Of a stretch of DNA of 64,000 nucleotides, positions 1-10,807 are shown piece by piece. Source of the stretch: Nitrospirota bacterium. Its GTDB lineage: Bacteria; Nitrospirota; Thermodesulfovibrionia; Thermodesulfovibrionales; Dissulfurispiraceae. Under the pieces are notes generated by a model that saw only the letters and a program-made list of their open reading frames with translations, was not told the DNA's origin and ran no database searches. The position numbers and the translations under genes are program-made. Within the stretch, counting starts at the first letter, position 1. Each line of letters opens with the position of its first letter. The stretch spans positions 864,001-928,000 of the forward strand of contig CAWBMP010000004.1 in assembly GCA_963790025.1 (NCBI GenBank). The letters are read 5' to 3'.

Positions 1-314
1 TGCGCCAACGGCTGGTTTCCCTTTAGAACATACGCAATAAGGAGACGGTTTTTCTCAAGAATGCTCAACTGGTGGCACTTCTGGCAGACCACGTCCCAGT
101 GCTTCCCTTTTTGCCATTCGTTATAGGCCTCCTTCATCAAGTGGCATGATGCGCAAAACCGCGGATCGTCCTCCGAATAGCTGTAGTAACGGTAACCGAC
201 AATGGCACTGAGAACAGCAACAGTTACGAATGCGGCCAGAACAACTCCCTTGAAATGTTCCAGTACGTTTTCGACCGCTTCATCAAGTTTTCTGCGTATT
301 TTATCAGAGGTCAT
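1..314 (-). CDS. NapC/NirT-like membrane-anchored multiheme cytochrome c (runs off the window edge)
   Basis: Not in the ORF track. Manual translation from ATG 314 gives MTSDKIRR...VVLAAFVTVAVLSAIVGY (TM)...DPRFCASCH...W...HWDVVCQKCH, with two CxxCH motifs; open to position 1. Confidence 0.8.
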   Translation of the reverse strand, partial: MTSDKIRRKLDEAVENVLEHFKGVVLAAFVTVAVLSAIVGYRYYSYSEDDPRFCASCHLMKEAYNEWQKGKHWDVVCQKCHQLSILEKNRLLIAYVLKGNQPLA

Positions 315-795
315 TGATTTGAGCGGCAATCTCCTTTAATAAACACACCGCTTGAGCTGCTATCCCCTCTCCCCTGCCGGTAAATCCCATACCTTCGTTG
401 GTCTTTGCCTTAATATTGATGCCCGGTGAGGGTATTCCTGCCGCAGCAAAAGATGCTTTCATTGAATCTATAAATGGAGCGAGTTTCGGTCTTTCTGCAA
501 TAACGACAGCGTCAACCCATGCAACTGCATAGCCGGAAGAACGCACGAGCTCCAAAATATGCCGCAAGAGCAGCATGCTTGAGGCATCTTTCCATCTTTC
601 GTCGGTATCAGGAAAATGCTTCCCTATGTCTCCGGCGCCAAGCGCGCCGATAAGCGCATCGATAACGGCATGGCAAAGGACATCTGCGTCGGAATGGCCA
701 AGCAGTCCTTTTTCAAAAGGGACATCCACACCGCCGATTGTCAGGCGCCTGCCTGCAACAAGCCGGTGAGAATCGTATCCAATGCCTATACGCAT
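304..795 (-). CDS. ispF: 2-C-methyl-D-erythritol 2,4-cyclodiphosphate synthase
   Basis: RIGIGYDSH, GHSDADV, GDIGKHFPD and KAKTNEGMGFTGRGEG motifs; follows ispD. Confidence 0.97.
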   Translation of the reverse strand: MRIGIGYDSHRLVAGRRLTIGGVDVPFEKGLLGHSDADVLCHAVIDALIGALGAGDIGKHFPDTDERWKDASSMLLLRHILELVRSSGYAVAWVDAVVIAERPKLAPFIDSMKASFAAAGIPSPGINIKAKTNEGMGFTGRGEGIAAQAVCLLKEIAAQINDL

Positions 796-1538
796 GATTT
801 CAAATACAGGGCCTCTGCAATATAGATATCTTCCAGCGTGGTGATTTTTAAATTCAAATATGAGCCCTCAATAACCTTTACGCGTCCCCCGTAATGCTCG
901 ATCAGAGCGGCATCGTCAGTTGCATAAAACCCTTCGGCACGGGCCCGCTCATGGGCATCTCTCAGCTTTACAGACCTGAAAGTCTGCGGCGTTTGTATAG
1001 CACGGAGCACCTGCCGGTCCAATGTCCTTTTCACTAAGCTGCCTTTTCCATTGCCGCCCAGTTTACAACCTTTAACAGTCTTTCCGCGTGGTTTCACCTC
1101 TTTTATTGTATCCTTCACAGGAACACCTGCAATAATACCGTCGACACCCCGCAGTCCCGATATGGTCGCCCTGATCAGCAAACTGTCCACAAGCGGCCTG
1201 GCGCCGTCATGGATAACGACTATAGAAGTACCTTCATCAAGGGCACTGAGCCCGTTATAAACGGAATCCTGCCGTTCCCGCCCCCCCGGCACAATGAGCC
1301 TGACTTTGGCAATTTTATAGTGTGCTACCAGTTCGGCAGCAGCCTTCAAATCCTCTTCCTTGACTACAGGGACAATCTCGCCGATCTCCTCAACCGCCTG
1401 GAGCGCCTGGAGCGCCCAGACAATGAGAGGTTTGCCCAAAAGCACATACATCGGCTTGTTTTCTCCAGTCCCGAAACGCCTGCCGAGTCCTGCGGCAGGA
1501 ACGATTGCAGCAATCTTATTTGTTTTATTTCTTTTCAT
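786..1538 (-). CDS. ispD: 2-C-methyl-D-erythritol 4-phosphate cytidylyltransferase
   Basis: AAGLGRR, GGRERQDSV, HDGARP, QTPQ, TDDA and KITT motifs. Confidence 0.96.
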   Translation of the reverse strand: MKRNKTNKIAAIVPAAGLGRRFGTGENKPMYVLLGKPLIVWALQALQAVEEIGEIVPVVKEEDLKAAAELVAHYKIAKVRLIVPGGRERQDSVYNGLSALDEGTSIVVIHDGARPLVDSLLIRATISGLRGVDGIIAGVPVKDTIKEVKPRGKTVKGCKLGGNGKGSLVKRTLDRQVLRAIQTPQTFRSVKLRDAHERARAEGFYATDDAALIEHYGGRVKVIEGSYLNLKITTLEDIYIAEALYLKSCV

Positions 1539-1569
1539 AGACGCTATAACGCCTTATGCTCAACGCGCT

Positions 1570-2556
1570 TTATTGTTCCTCTTCCTTTAACTTAGCAAAA
1601 ATCATTCTTCCGGCAGTTGTCTGCAAAACGCTCGTTACCACCACTTCTACATTCTTTCCAATAAGCTTTCTGGCATTTTCAATTACTACCATAGTCCCGT
1701 CATCCAGGTAAGCAACACCCTGGTTGTATTCCTTCCCCTCTTTGACTATGAAGAGGCCGAGGGTCTCTCCGGGGAGCACTACAGGCTTAAGCACATTTGC
1801 AAGCTCATTGATGTTCAGTACGGACACTCCCTGCAATTGCGCCACCTTGTTCAGGTTGAAATCATTGGTGATGATCTTGCCGTTCAGAAGCCGGGCCAGG
1901 GAAATGAGTTTGGCATCGACCTCTTTTATTTTCGGGAAATCCTCTTCTACAATCCTGACCTTTATGTTCGACATTTTCTGAATGCGGTGCAGAACGTCAA
2001 GGCCGCGCCTTCCCTTCGATCTCCTCATGGGATCAGGAGAATCCGCGATGTACTGAAGTTCCTGAAGTATAAACTGGGCGATAATGAACGTGCCCTCAAG
2101 AAAGCCTGCTTCGATGACCTCCGCTATTCGGCCGTCGATAATTACGCTGGTATCAAGGACCTTCAGTCCTTCTTCGAGTTCCTGTCCCTTGAACAGCCTC
2201 ATCGTCGCCGGGATGGTAAGATTTTTCCCCCTGTAAAGCCCCACAAAAAGACCTCCGTACCCAAGTATCGCACTCAGGGCAAACGCAGATACTGTCCAAT
2301 TCTCACCGACTATGATTGCGTGAAGTGGAAATAAAAGGAGGTTGGCGAATAAGAGCCCTATCACCAGGCCCAGAAGTCCTCCAAGCACTGACCCGAAAGA
2401 GACCTTGCTCAGCCTCATTTCTACAACTATAGTGATTAAACCCAGGACAAGACCGGTAACTAATCCCTGCGCAATAAAATCATATTTTAATCCGTAAAAA
2501 TATCCTGCCAACAAAAAGACCGCTAATGTGATAATCCGTGCAAGTAGCGTAGACAC
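1570..2556 (-). CDS. PIN/TRAM-domain membrane protein (YacL-like)
   Basis: N-terminal TM helices, [14 protein letters not shown] motif, [10 protein letters not shown], and C-terminal TRAM ([12 protein letters not shown]...QTTAGRMIF); usual position upstream of ispD. Confidence 0.92.
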   Translation of the reverse strand: MSTLLARIITLAVFLLAGYFYGLKYDFIAQGLVTGLVLGLITIVVEMRLSKVSFGSVLGGLLGLVIGLLFANLLLFPLHAIIVGENWTVSAFALSAILGYGGLFVGLYRGKNLTIPATMRLFKGQELEEGLKVLDTSVIIDGRIAEVIEAGFLEGTFIIAQFILQELQYIADSPDPMRRSKGRRGLDVLHRIQKMSNIKVRIVEEDFPKIKEVDAKLISLARLLNGKIITNDFNLNKVAQLQGVSVLNINELANVLKPVVLPGETLGLFIVKEGKEYNQGVAYLDDGTMVVIENARKLIGKNVEVVVTSVLQTTAGRMIFAKLKEEEQ

Positions 2557-2584
2557 ATGTTCTCACCTCCTTTCCATTGAAAAT

Positions 2585-2686
2585 CAGTAAGCAGTAAGCA
2601 GTAGGAAGTAGGCAGCAAAAGATTAAAGACTCAACTAATTTTTTTACTGCTTTACTGCTTACTGCTTATTGCCTACTGTTTACTGT
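2585..2686. repeat. Inverted array of degenerate heptamers (CAGTAAG)n ... (CTTACTG)n
   Basis: cagtaagcagtaagcagtaggaagtagg ... tactgctttactgcttactgcttattgcctactg, between degP-like and PIN/TRAM genes. Confidence 0.7.
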
Positions 2687-4141
2687 CTATTGCGGTGATA
2701 ATGCGACGTAAAACTTTTTACCGCTGCGATTAACGAACAGCAAGACAGTATCACTCGGCTTCACTTTGGCCGCAGCCTTGCTGAATTCATTCAGATTCGA
2801 TATCTTCTGCCTGTCAACCTCTTGCACGATGTCACCCTTTTTAAGACCGGCCTCTTCCGCAGGCGAGCCCGCTTCTATTTTGACCACAACTACTCCCTTC
2901 TCGTCCTTTTCAATACCAAGCTGCTTCATAACAGCTCGATTAAGGTCCATGGCTGCCATGCCGGAGAGGGCATTTCCGTCAGATTCCTGTTTCGAAGATG
3001 TGCTCAGTACTGTATCGCTGCCATCCGCCGGCAGTTCGACAATATGCACAGCAGCAGCCAGTATCTTATCTCTTCTCAACAATTTGATGCTGACCTGCGA
3101 ACCAATACTGCTTTGGGCCACAATATTTCTGAGGACACCCACATCTGCGACCTTTTTCCCGTCAAATTCAAGAATTATATCTCCCCTGACTATGCCGGCC
3201 ATTTGTGCGGGACTCCCTTGCGCAACGTCACTGACAAGGGCGCCTTCCGAGAGTTTAAGGCCAAACTTCTGCGCCAGCTCAGGCGTAAGTTCCTGGATAG
3301 TCACACCTATCCACCCGCGGAGCACCTTGCCCCTTTTCAACAGTTGGTCCATAACGAGGCGAACCATGTTACTCGGCACAGCAAATCCGATGCCCTGGTA
3401 ACCGCCTGTTTTGGAGAAAATTGCAGTATTTATTCCGATCAATTCGCCTTTTATATTCACCAGAGGGCCTCCCGAATTGCCGGGATTTATAGCGGCATCC
3501 GTCTGGATAAAATTCTCGTAATCGGCAATTCCGACATCAGCACGCCCGATAGCGCTTACGATGCCCATTGTAACTGTGTGACTCAATGCAAAAGGGTTGC
3601 CGATGGCAAGAACAAATTCACCTACCTGGAGTTTTTCGGAATCGCCCCATGGGATAACTGGCAGGTCTTTGGCATCGATTCGTATGACAGCAAGATCTGT
3701 TTTTGGATCGGACCCGATTATTTTTGCCCTGAAACTCCTCTTGTCAAAGAGGATCACCTTAATCTCATCCGACTGCTCAACCACGTGGTTATTCGTTACA
3801 ATATAGCCATCAGGAGAGGCGATAAGTCCTGAGCCCAAGCTTTGCTCTTTCCATTTTTTAGAGCGGTCATCAGGGAAGGGATACAGAAAATCAAAAAACT
3901 CGTCAAAGGGTGTCGGCTGCCGTTTAAGGGTCTTGATACTGGAAATATTGACAACCGCCGGCGAAACTGCCCTCACTATGTCGGCAAAACCACGAGAGGT
4001 CTCTGTAACTGAGCCGGACACGCTGGGAGTAAAAGGTCTATACGATGGAGCGGTGTTCTTGCTCAAGATATGGTAGGTAACGCCTCCCAGAAGGAATCCT
4101 ATCAGCAGAAGTACCGGTATCCAGAGAATTTGTTTCTTCAT
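2687..4141 (-). CDS. DegP/DegQ (HtrA) serine protease with two PDZ domains
   Basis: TNNHVV, QTDAAINPGNSGGPL and GIGFAVP motifs; two PDZ-like repeats. Confidence 0.95.
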   Translation of the reverse strand: MKKQILWIPVLLLIGFLLGGVTYHILSKNTAPSYRPFTPSVSGSVTETSRGFADIVRAVSPAVVNISSIKTLKRQPTPFDEFFDFLYPFPDDRSKKWKEQSLGSGLIASPDGYIVTNNHVVEQSDEIKVILFDKRSFRAKIIGSDPKTDLAVIRIDAKDLPVIPWGDSEKLQVGEFVLAIGNPFALSHTVTMGIVSAIGRADVGIADYENFIQTDAAINPGNSGGPLVNIKGELIGINTAIFSKTGGYQGIGFAVPSNMVRLVMDQLLKRGKVLRGWIGVTIQELTPELAQKFGLKLSEGALVSDVAQGSPAQMAGIVRGDIILEFDGKKVADVGVLRNIVAQSSIGSQVSIKLLRRDKILAAAVHIVELPADGSDTVLSTSSKQESDGNALSGMAAMDLNRAVMKQLGIEKDEKGVVVVKIEAGSPAEEAGLKKGDIVQEVDRQKISNLNEFSKAAAKVKPSDTVLLFVNRSGKKFYVALSPQ

Positions 4142-4146
4142 ATCTG

Positions 4147-6075
4147 TTATTTTAACATTAATCTTCTTATATCCCCAACCCGCAGGGTGATTTTTTTAGA
4201 GTCGAGATACTCAGCAAAAGGAAGGGCATATTTGCGAGTGGTGCCGAGCATGTCTCTGAATTCAGCAATGGACATTTCGCTTTTTCCGGCATAGAACTTC
4301 TTGAGCAAGCCGATCATTGTATCGTATCGCTCCTTGGTTATGAAGATAGAATCGTTGATTCTTACCAGCAAGTTCTCTTTGGTTAGGAGCATTAGAAGAT
4401 CATTGAGTTCTTTTTCCCTGATTGACAATTTCTGGGCAATCTCATTCTTGAGCGAGGGCTGAAAGCCCTCTTCACCGAGTGCAGTCAGTATCTTCTGCTT
4501 TGTCCCTTCGTCCACATTTGAGAGAGCAACGCTAAAGCCGGCAAGACGCACAATATCCTTGTCTGCCGTCAGGTCCTTTATCATGGCGACAAGACCGTCA
4601 AAGACCTTTTCATCCTCTTTCCGGCCAACCCTTACCCTGGCCCTCAACTCCTCCCTTGGCACCCCCTGTCTCAAAGGATTTTCCTTGTGAAAACAGCTAA
4701 TTTCGGACAATACAGCTTCCCTGAACTCATCAAAACTGTCTTTGTGGAAAAGAAGGTCATGACTTTTAACCAGGACCTTCTCCCTTAAAAGTTTTTCAAC
4801 AGCCGATCCTATTTCCTTGAGATTTCCCTGCACCCAACCGATAATCTCATCGGTGGAAACCCCTCTAAGCCGGGCACGCCTGACTTTCATTCCGATCTTG
4901 TCCTCAAGCGCTCCCTGCTTTAAAACCACAAGGTCATCCATACCAGCATTTCTTCTCCTCCGGACAGGAAAGGGATCAAGGATTTCACCGCCTCCGATTG
5001 TCTCCAGCGGCGAGAACCTGCGGATGATGTACCGGTCGCCGGAAAGCACTACTACAGGATCTTCAAGGCGGAACTGGCAGTAGCAGGAACCACCGGGTTT
5101 TACATCCCTGCCGGCCTCCCTGCTGTTGTAAATAATAATCCGCGCTATAGTCTCGGAGGTGCCTGTATAAAAATGAACGCGGTCCCTATTCTTGATTACA
5201 GGCGCATCCTTCAGCATTTGAAGTTCGGCATCGAGCGCCCGTGTAGGCAGAAGTTTATCGGAATCAACTACCACATCTCCCCTCTTGAGTAACTCCCGGT
5301 CCACGCCCTGGAGATTAATCCCTATCCTCTGTCCGGCATATGCCTTTTCGGTGCCCCTGCCGTGAGTTTGAAGCCCCCTCACCCTCGTCGCAATTTTCGA
5401 AGGGAGTATCTCTATGGGACTGTCCAGGGTCAGGGCCCCGGATAGGGCGGTCCCAGTAACCACTGTCCCGAATCCTTTTAGCGTAAAAACCCTGTCGATA
5501 GGCATTCTGAAAAGCCCTTCGGTAAGTTTGGGCTGCACTTTCAACGCAATCTCCCTGATCCGGTCTTTCAGAGTGTCGATATGCAGTCCCGTTTTTGCAG
5601 AAACCGGGATTATCTCAGCATGCTCGAGAAAAGTGCCTTTCACAAAACCCCGTATATCGTCAATCACAAGGCCCAGCCAGTCCTGCTCAACAAGGTCCGT
5701 CTTCGTTAGAGCGATGATCCCAGCCTTGATTTTCAGCAACTCACATATGGCAAGATGCTCCCTGCTCTGGGGCATTATTCCTTCATCGGCGGCTATTGCC
5801 ATCAGGAGAATATCAATGCCGCCGGCACCCGCCAGCATATTTTTAATAAGCCGTTCGTGGCCGGGAACATCCACAATTCCGACAGTGAGGCCGTCAGGGT
5901 AAACGAGACTGGCAAACCCGAGGTCGATGGTAATGCCACGCTCCTTCTCTTCTTTAAGCCTGTCGGGATCTATGCCGGTGAGCGCCTTTACAAGAGAACT
6001 CTTGCCGTGATCAATATGACCGGCTGTGCCGAGGACAATACTTTTGGAACTATGAACGACCGACAAATTCATCAA
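4147..6075 (-). CDS. selB: Selenocysteine-specific elongation factor
   Basis: [32 protein letters not shown]-terminal winged-helix end [20 protein letters not shown]. Confidence 0.96.
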   Translation of the reverse strand: MMNLSVVHSSKSIVLGTAGHIDHGKSSLVKALTGIDPDRLKEEKERGITIDLGFASLVYPDGLTVGIVDVPGHERLIKNMLAGAGGIDILLMAIAADEGIMPQSREHLAICELLKIKAGIIALTKTDLVEQDWLGLVIDDIRGFVKGTFLEHAEIIPVSAKTGLHIDTLKDRIREIALKVQPKLTEGLFRMPIDRVFTLKGFGTVVTGTALSGALTLDSPIEILPSKIATRVRGLQTHGRGTEKAYAGQRIGINLQGVDRELLKRGDVVVDSDKLLPTRALDAELQMLKDAPVIKNRDRVHFYTGTSETIARIIIYNSREAGRDVKPGGSCYCQFRLEDPVVVLSGDRYIIRRFSPLETIGGGEILDPFPVRRRRNAGMDDLVVLKQGALEDKIGMKVRRARLRGVSTDEIIGWVQGNLKEIGSAVEKLLREKVLVKSHDLLFHKDSFDEFREAVLSEISCFHKENPLRQGVPREELRARVRVGRKEDEKVFDGLVAMIKDLTADKDIVRLAGFSVALSNVDEGTKQKILTALGEEGFQPSLKNEIAQKLSIREKELNDLLMLLTKENLLVRINDSIFITKERYDTMIGLLKKFYAGKSEMSIAEFRDMLGTTRKYALPFAEYLDSKKITLRVGDIRRLMLK

Positions 6076-6688
6076 AGCCCTTGAGTATTTTCAGGCCGAG
6101 TTCCTGGCTCTTTTCGGGATGGAACTGTGTTGCAAAGATGTTGTCTTTCCACACCATCGAGACAAAATCAACTCCGTAATCCGTCCGTGCCGCAACAACA
6201 CCGCCGTCTTCCGGTACAACATAAAATGAGTGAACAAAATAGAAATATGCATTATCCTGAATGCCGTTAAATATGGGCGGCTTTCTGAGCAGCCTCGCAT
6301 TATTCCACCCCATGTGGGGGATTTTCAAAGTGGTACTGTCTTCCGTCTTCTGTACGTCAAACCTGAACTTGACGACCCTCCCTCTGAAAACATCCATCCC
6401 CTTGCACAAACCGAACTCTTCCGATTCCGTGAATAGTATTTGCAGACCAAGACATATGCCGAGATAGGGTTTGCCTTTTCCAATTTCCCTCACAATACAG
6501 TCGAGGAGGCGCAAGTCATCGAGATTTTGCATACAGTCCTTGAAAGCGCCCACTCCCGGCAGCACAATACCCTTTGCGTCGGCAATGACCTTCGGGTCAG
6601 CAGTTATTCTGACATCAGCGCCGATTTTTATAAATGCCTTCTCGACACTCCTGATGTTTCCCATGCCATAATCAACAATAGCGATCAT
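6050..6688 (-). CDS. hisH: Imidazole glycerol phosphate synthase, glutaminase subunit
   Basis: DYGMGN, LPGVGAF, GICLGLQ, PHMGWN, YFVHSF and QFHPEKS motifs. Confidence 0.97.
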   Translation of the reverse strand: MIAIVDYGMGNIRSVEKAFIKIGADVRITADPKVIADAKGIVLPGVGAFKDCMQNLDDLRLLDCIVREIGKGKPYLGICLGLQILFTESEEFGLCKGMDVFRGRVVKFRFDVQKTEDSTTLKIPHMGWNNARLLRKPPIFNGIQDNAYFYFVHSFYVVPEDGGVVAARTDYGVDFVSMVWKDNIFATQFHPEKSQELGLKILKGFDEFVGRS

Positions 6689-6729
6689 TTTTGAATCTCC
6701 CCAGCAAGTAATTCACACAGTGGTTAATG

Positions 6730-6905
6730 TAGTGAACGATGTGTCTCTGGAGCGAATCGCGTGGTCTTGGTAACAGTTCTTGGCGAAGTGAGCGTTAAGC
6801 AGTCGCAATATCTGAGCCCAACGGGCGGGTTTTGCGACTGCAGCGAACAAGCCTTTAGAACTGTCAAGACGCAGCGTCTGAGCGGAAGAGATACATCGTT
6901 CACTA
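6730..6905. repeat. 176-bp nested imperfect inverted repeat (long hairpin)
   Basis: Arm pairs tagtgaacgatgtgtctct/agagatacatcgttcacta, gtcttggtaacagttct/agaactgtcaagac and gcagtcgcaa/ttgcgactgc. Confidence 0.75.
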
Positions 6906-6981
6906 AACTGTCCGGTTACAGAAAAAGCATCTGACCAACCTGTTTTTAAATTATAATACAATAAAATGGAGGGAACAGTAT

Positions 6982-8121
6982 ATGAATAATCCATTCCCGA
7001 TTAATAAAGAACGGCTGATAAATACCTTTATCGAACTCATCAAAGTCAACTCCCCATCGTTTGACGAACGAGCGATAGGAGAATTGCTTGCGGGGAAATT
7101 ACGCGGCGCCGGCTGCAGCGTAACCATGCAGGACTACGGCGACTCTTTTAATCTTATCGCTTTTAAGGAAGGTGTAACCCGTGCCGTACCTCCACTCATT
7201 TTGAGCGCGCACATGGATACAATAGAGCCTACCGAAGGCATCACGTTCTCAATTGAAGACAACATCATCAGGACAACGGGCCCAACAATTCTCGGTGCTG
7301 ACGACAAGAGCGCCATTGCCCAGATAATTGAAGCGCTTCTCGTCCTGCAGGAACAAGACATTCCTCACGGTCACATTGAAATTATCTTAACATCGGCAGA
7401 AGAAAAAGGACTCCACGGCGCAAGGAACCTTGATTTTGGCTCGATAAGGAGCAAACATGCCATAGTTCTGGATTCGAGCGGCAGCGTCGGCAGTCTGGTC
7501 GTCGCAGCCCCTACCCACATCACCTATGAAATCCTTATTGAAGGCAAATCGGCCCATGCCGGAATAGAGCCCGAGCGGGGCATTAATGCCATTCGGGTCG
7601 CCTCCCGCATTATTGCCGAAATCCCTGATGGAAGGATCGATCCCGAAACAACTGCAAACATAGGTATTATCAAAGGAGGAACAGCAACCAATGTTGTCCC
7701 TCAAGAGGTGGTCATAAAGGGAGAGGTGAGAGGACACAACGTTGAGAAAATTGAACAGACAAAAAACGTAATTTTTCAGACTGCCAGACACATTACCGAA
7801 CAGGATCATGCCGGGATTAACATAACGGAGCAGGAAGAATATGCTGCCTACACTATTAGCCGCGAGTCGCCCTTTCTACGTTATCTCGGCAGCATTTTTA
7901 AAAAATGTGCCTTATCGCCGACGCACACGGTTACAGGAGGGGGCTCGGATGCAAATATCTTCAACCAAAGAGGCATACAGGCTATCACTATCTCCACAGG
8001 CATGCAGAAAGTGCATTCAACGGATGAGTTTATACGCATCACAGACCTTTATAACGGCTGCCTCGTTGTTATCAATGCAATAGCAGACTTTGACAAATTT
8101 GGAGAAGCCGCCACTTCCTGA
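6982..8121 (+). CDS. M20B-family peptidase (peptidase T-like)
   Basis: SAHMDT, GADDK, AEEKG, HAG, GGGSDAN and VH motifs. Confidence 0.92.
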   Translation: MNNPFPINKERLINTFIELIKVNSPSFDERAIGELLAGKLRGAGCSVTMQDYGDSFNLIAFKEGVTRAVPPLILSAHMDTIEPTEGITFSIEDNIIRTTGPTILGADDKSAIAQIIEALLVLQEQDIPHGHIEIILTSAEEKGLHGARNLDFGSIRSKHAIVLDSSGSVGSLVVAAPTHITYEILIEGKSAHAGIEPERGINAIRVASRIIAEIPDGRIDPETTANIGIIKGGTATNVVPQEVVIKGEVRGHNVEKIEQTKNVIFQTARHITEQDHAGINITEQEEYAAYTISRESPFLRYLGSIFKKCALSPTHTVTGGGSDANIFNQRGIQAITISTGMQKVHSTDEFIRITDLYNGCLVVINAIADFDKFGEAATS

Positions 8122-8130
8122 CGCCGAAAT

Positions 8131-8586
8131 CTACCTCCTTTTGCACAGACTTCCGGGCGGCGGTTCGTTGATGATCGCCCAGAAACCACCTATCTGTTTA
8201 ATGGCGTCAACAAACTTGTGGAAATCGACCGGCTTTACAACGTAGGCACTTGTGCCGGACTTGTACCCCTCGACTATATCCTTTTCTTCACTGGATGAGG
8301 TGAGGATCACCACCGGTATGACCCTGAGCCTCTCGTCTGCCTTAACCTGCCTGAGAACTTCGAGGCCTCCCACCTTGGGAAGCTTAAGGTCGAGCAAAAC
8401 AACGGCGGGATTACCGTCAGTCCTGCCCGAAAACTTTCCGCGGCAGTAAAAGAAATCCAACGCTTCTTCCCCATCCCGGGCAACTACAATCTCATTGGCA
8501 AAATTGTTTGAAGCAAGGCTTGCAATGATAAGTTCTACATCGTATGGATCATCTTCGACCAGCAAAATACGTTTCAGTTTCGGCAT
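8131..8586 (-). CDS. Single-domain response regulator (Rcp1-like)
   Basis: LVEDD, LLDLKLP, VILTSS and YVVKP receiver motifs. Confidence 0.92.
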   Translation of the reverse strand: MPKLKRILLVEDDPYDVELIIASLASNNFANEIVVARDGEEALDFFYCRGKFSGRTDGNPAVVLLDLKLPKVGGLEVLRQVKADERLRVIPVVILTSSSEEKDIVEGYKSGTSAYVVKPVDFHKFVDAIKQIGGFWAIINEPPPGSLCKRR

Positions 8587-8753
8587 AATATTTCCTTTCT
8601 CTTAATTTAAAAGCCAGGGCAAAATGCTGCACCCCGCAGTGCATTTCTATCGCCGGTTCTTTTTTGGTCCATACTATACCCATATCATATATAAAGATAA
8701 AATACAACAAGGCGCACCCGAATTCCTTAAACGTGGGTTATACTAAAAAGACA

Positions 8754-10637
8754 ATGATACTGGACGGTCTCAATCCACAACAAAGAGAAGCAGTAGAGCA
8801 TTTTGGCTCACCCCTCCTGGTGCTTGCAGGGGCAGGTTCAGGCAAAACAAAGGTCATCACACATAAGATTGCCTGGCTTGTGAAGGAAAAAGGGATAAAG
8901 GCCGACAGGATTCTCGCCATCACTTTTACCAGGAAGGCCGCGCGTGAAATGCAGGAGAGGGTCGAGCATATCCTTGGAATCAGGCCTAAGTGGATTTCGA
9001 CATTCCACGCTTTTTGCGTGAGAGTGCTCCGGGAAAATATCGCCGACCTTGAGAGAAGTTTCGACAGGCGTTTTAATATTTACGACGAAAAAGACAGCCT
9101 GAAGGTGCTCAAGGATGTCCTTAGAAATCTGAATAGGGACATAAAGAATGCGGAAACTGCTAAGGCGATTATTTCTAAAGCAAAACAGGAATACAGGGAC
9201 AATATAACCGGCTACATTGCCGGGCTCCCCTACCCCGCATCAGCTTATGCCCAGGTGGCCGAAAAGTATCAGGCCGAACTGGAACAGAGCAATGCAATGG
9301 ACTACGATGATCTGATTTACTTCGTTGTTCACCTATTCATAAAAAAACCCGGCGTCAGAAAGCGATGGCAGGACCATTTTGACTATATACTTGTCGATGA
9401 ATACCAGGATACAAACAAGATCCAGTATTTGCTGATAAATCTCGTCGTAAGAGAGGCGGGGGCTGTTTGTGTCGTGGGTGATCCACAGCAATGCATCTAT
9501 ACATGGCGGGGAGCACACCCCATGAATATCATTAATTTTGCGGAGGACCATGGTGCACGCAAGACAAAGCTGGAAATAAACTACCGTTCTACAAAAAAGA
9601 TATTGGACATCGCCAACAAGATCATAGCCGGGGCCGACCGCATATGGGAGGGCAAGATCCTTGAACTCAGCACTGTAAAAAGCGACACGGGAGAAGTACG
9701 GTATATGAGGAATGACAGCGGTACTGCCGAATCATCGTCTATAGCAGAGAAAATCCGGACGCTTAGCAGGCAGGGGTACCGCTACTCGGATATTGCCATT
9801 CTCATGAGGATGTCATTTGTGTCGAGGGGGATAGAGCATGCCTTCATCAATTACGGCATCCCTTATGAAATTATAGGAGGGCCTGCATTCTATGACAGGG
9901 CGGAGATCAAAGATATGCTCTCCTATCTCCGCCTCATAACAAACAGAAAAGACAAGGCCGCCTTCTGGAGGATAATTAACGTGCCGCCCAGGTCTATAGG
10001 GGCGCAAACACTTCTTAAGGTTACGAGCAACTATGTAACGGACTGGATACAGGCACTCAAAGATACAAAACTGCCGGCAAGACAGCGTGCCCGGGCAGAC
10101 CATTTTATGACCGCTATTAAATCATACGGGGACAGTATCGAGGAAAAACCATATGCAGTACTGATGGAACTACTTCGAGATTTGGGATACACAGAATACC
10201 TTGCCGAGCATTACAAAGACGACTATGAGGACCGCAAAGGCAACATATCGGAACTGGCGAACGTCCTGAAAACAGTGGAAACAGAAGGGAAGCCTTTTTC
10301 AGAATTTCTGGAAGATACTATCCTTTCCTCAGACCAGGACAGGATCGGGAGTTCCGATTCGGTAAAAGTGATGACCATCCACGCCGCCAAGGGTCTGGAA
10401 TTTCCGGTTGTCTTTGTAATGGCCCTTGAGGAAGAGATATTCCCGTCGGGCCGGTCAATGGAAAACTCGGCCGCACTCGAAGAGGAGAGACGACTTTTTT
10501 ATGTAGCGGTAACCAGGGCAAAGGAAAGGCTTTATCTCAGCTCAGCAGAATACAGGATGCGGTTCGGCGACGCAATGTTCGCCCCGGAATCCCGGTATAT
10601 TGGTGAAATTAGGGAAGAATTAAGGGCTGGCAAATAA
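8754..10637 (+). CDS. UvrD/PcrA/Rep-family SF1 DNA helicase
   Basis: LNPQQ, AGAGSGKT, DEYQD, VGDPQQ, NYRS, TIHAAKGLEF and EERRLFYVAVTRAK. ATG 8754 preferred over the upstream TTG. Confidence 0.94.
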   Translation: MILDGLNPQQREAVEHFGSPLLVLAGAGSGKTKVITHKIAWLVKEKGIKADRILAITFTRKAAREMQERVEHILGIRPKWISTFHAFCVRVLRENIADLERSFDRRFNIYDEKDSLKVLKDVLRNLNRDIKNAETAKAIISKAKQEYRDNITGYIAGLPYPASAYAQVAEKYQAELEQSNAMDYDDLIYFVVHLFIKKPGVRKRWQDHFDYILVDEYQDTNKIQYLLINLVVREAGAVCVVGDPQQCIYTWRGAHPMNIINFAEDHGARKTKLEINYRSTKKILDIANKIIAGADRIWEGKILELSTVKSDTGEVRYMRNDSGTAESSSIAEKIRTLSRQGYRYSDIAILMRMSFVSRGIEHAFINYGIPYEIIGGPAFYDRAEIKDMLSYLRLITNRKDKAAFWRIINVPPRSIGAQTLLKVTSNYVTDWIQALKDTKLPARQRARADHFMTAIKSYGDSIEEKPYAVLMELLRDLGYTEYLAEHYKDDYEDRKGNISELANVLKTVETEGKPFSEFLEDTILSSDQDRIGSSDSVKVMTIHAAKGLEFPVVFVMALEEEIFPSGRSMENSAALEEERRLFYVAVTRAKERLYLSSAEYRMRFGDAMFAPESRYIGEIREELRAGK

Positions 10638-10807
10638 ATAACTTGTGCATTCAGGCGCTCAGATTTGGGTTAGATTTTATAACACTGCTTGACAGTGCTG
10701 ACAGTATCGGATAAAGGTTTATATAGGACTTGACCGTCCAGTGATTAGCTTGCTAAACTTGAGTCATAAAGGTAAGTTACAAATCCTGATATTAAAAGGA
10801 GTCTGCC

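Noticed and set aside
2766..3832. Long + strand ORFs (211 and 336 aa) and similar shadow ORFs elsewhere
   Set aside because: They are antisense to well-supported genes and have no motifs.
6713..6994. 93-aa minus-strand ORF
   Set aside because: It spans the palindrome and the peptidase promoter/start and has no protein features.
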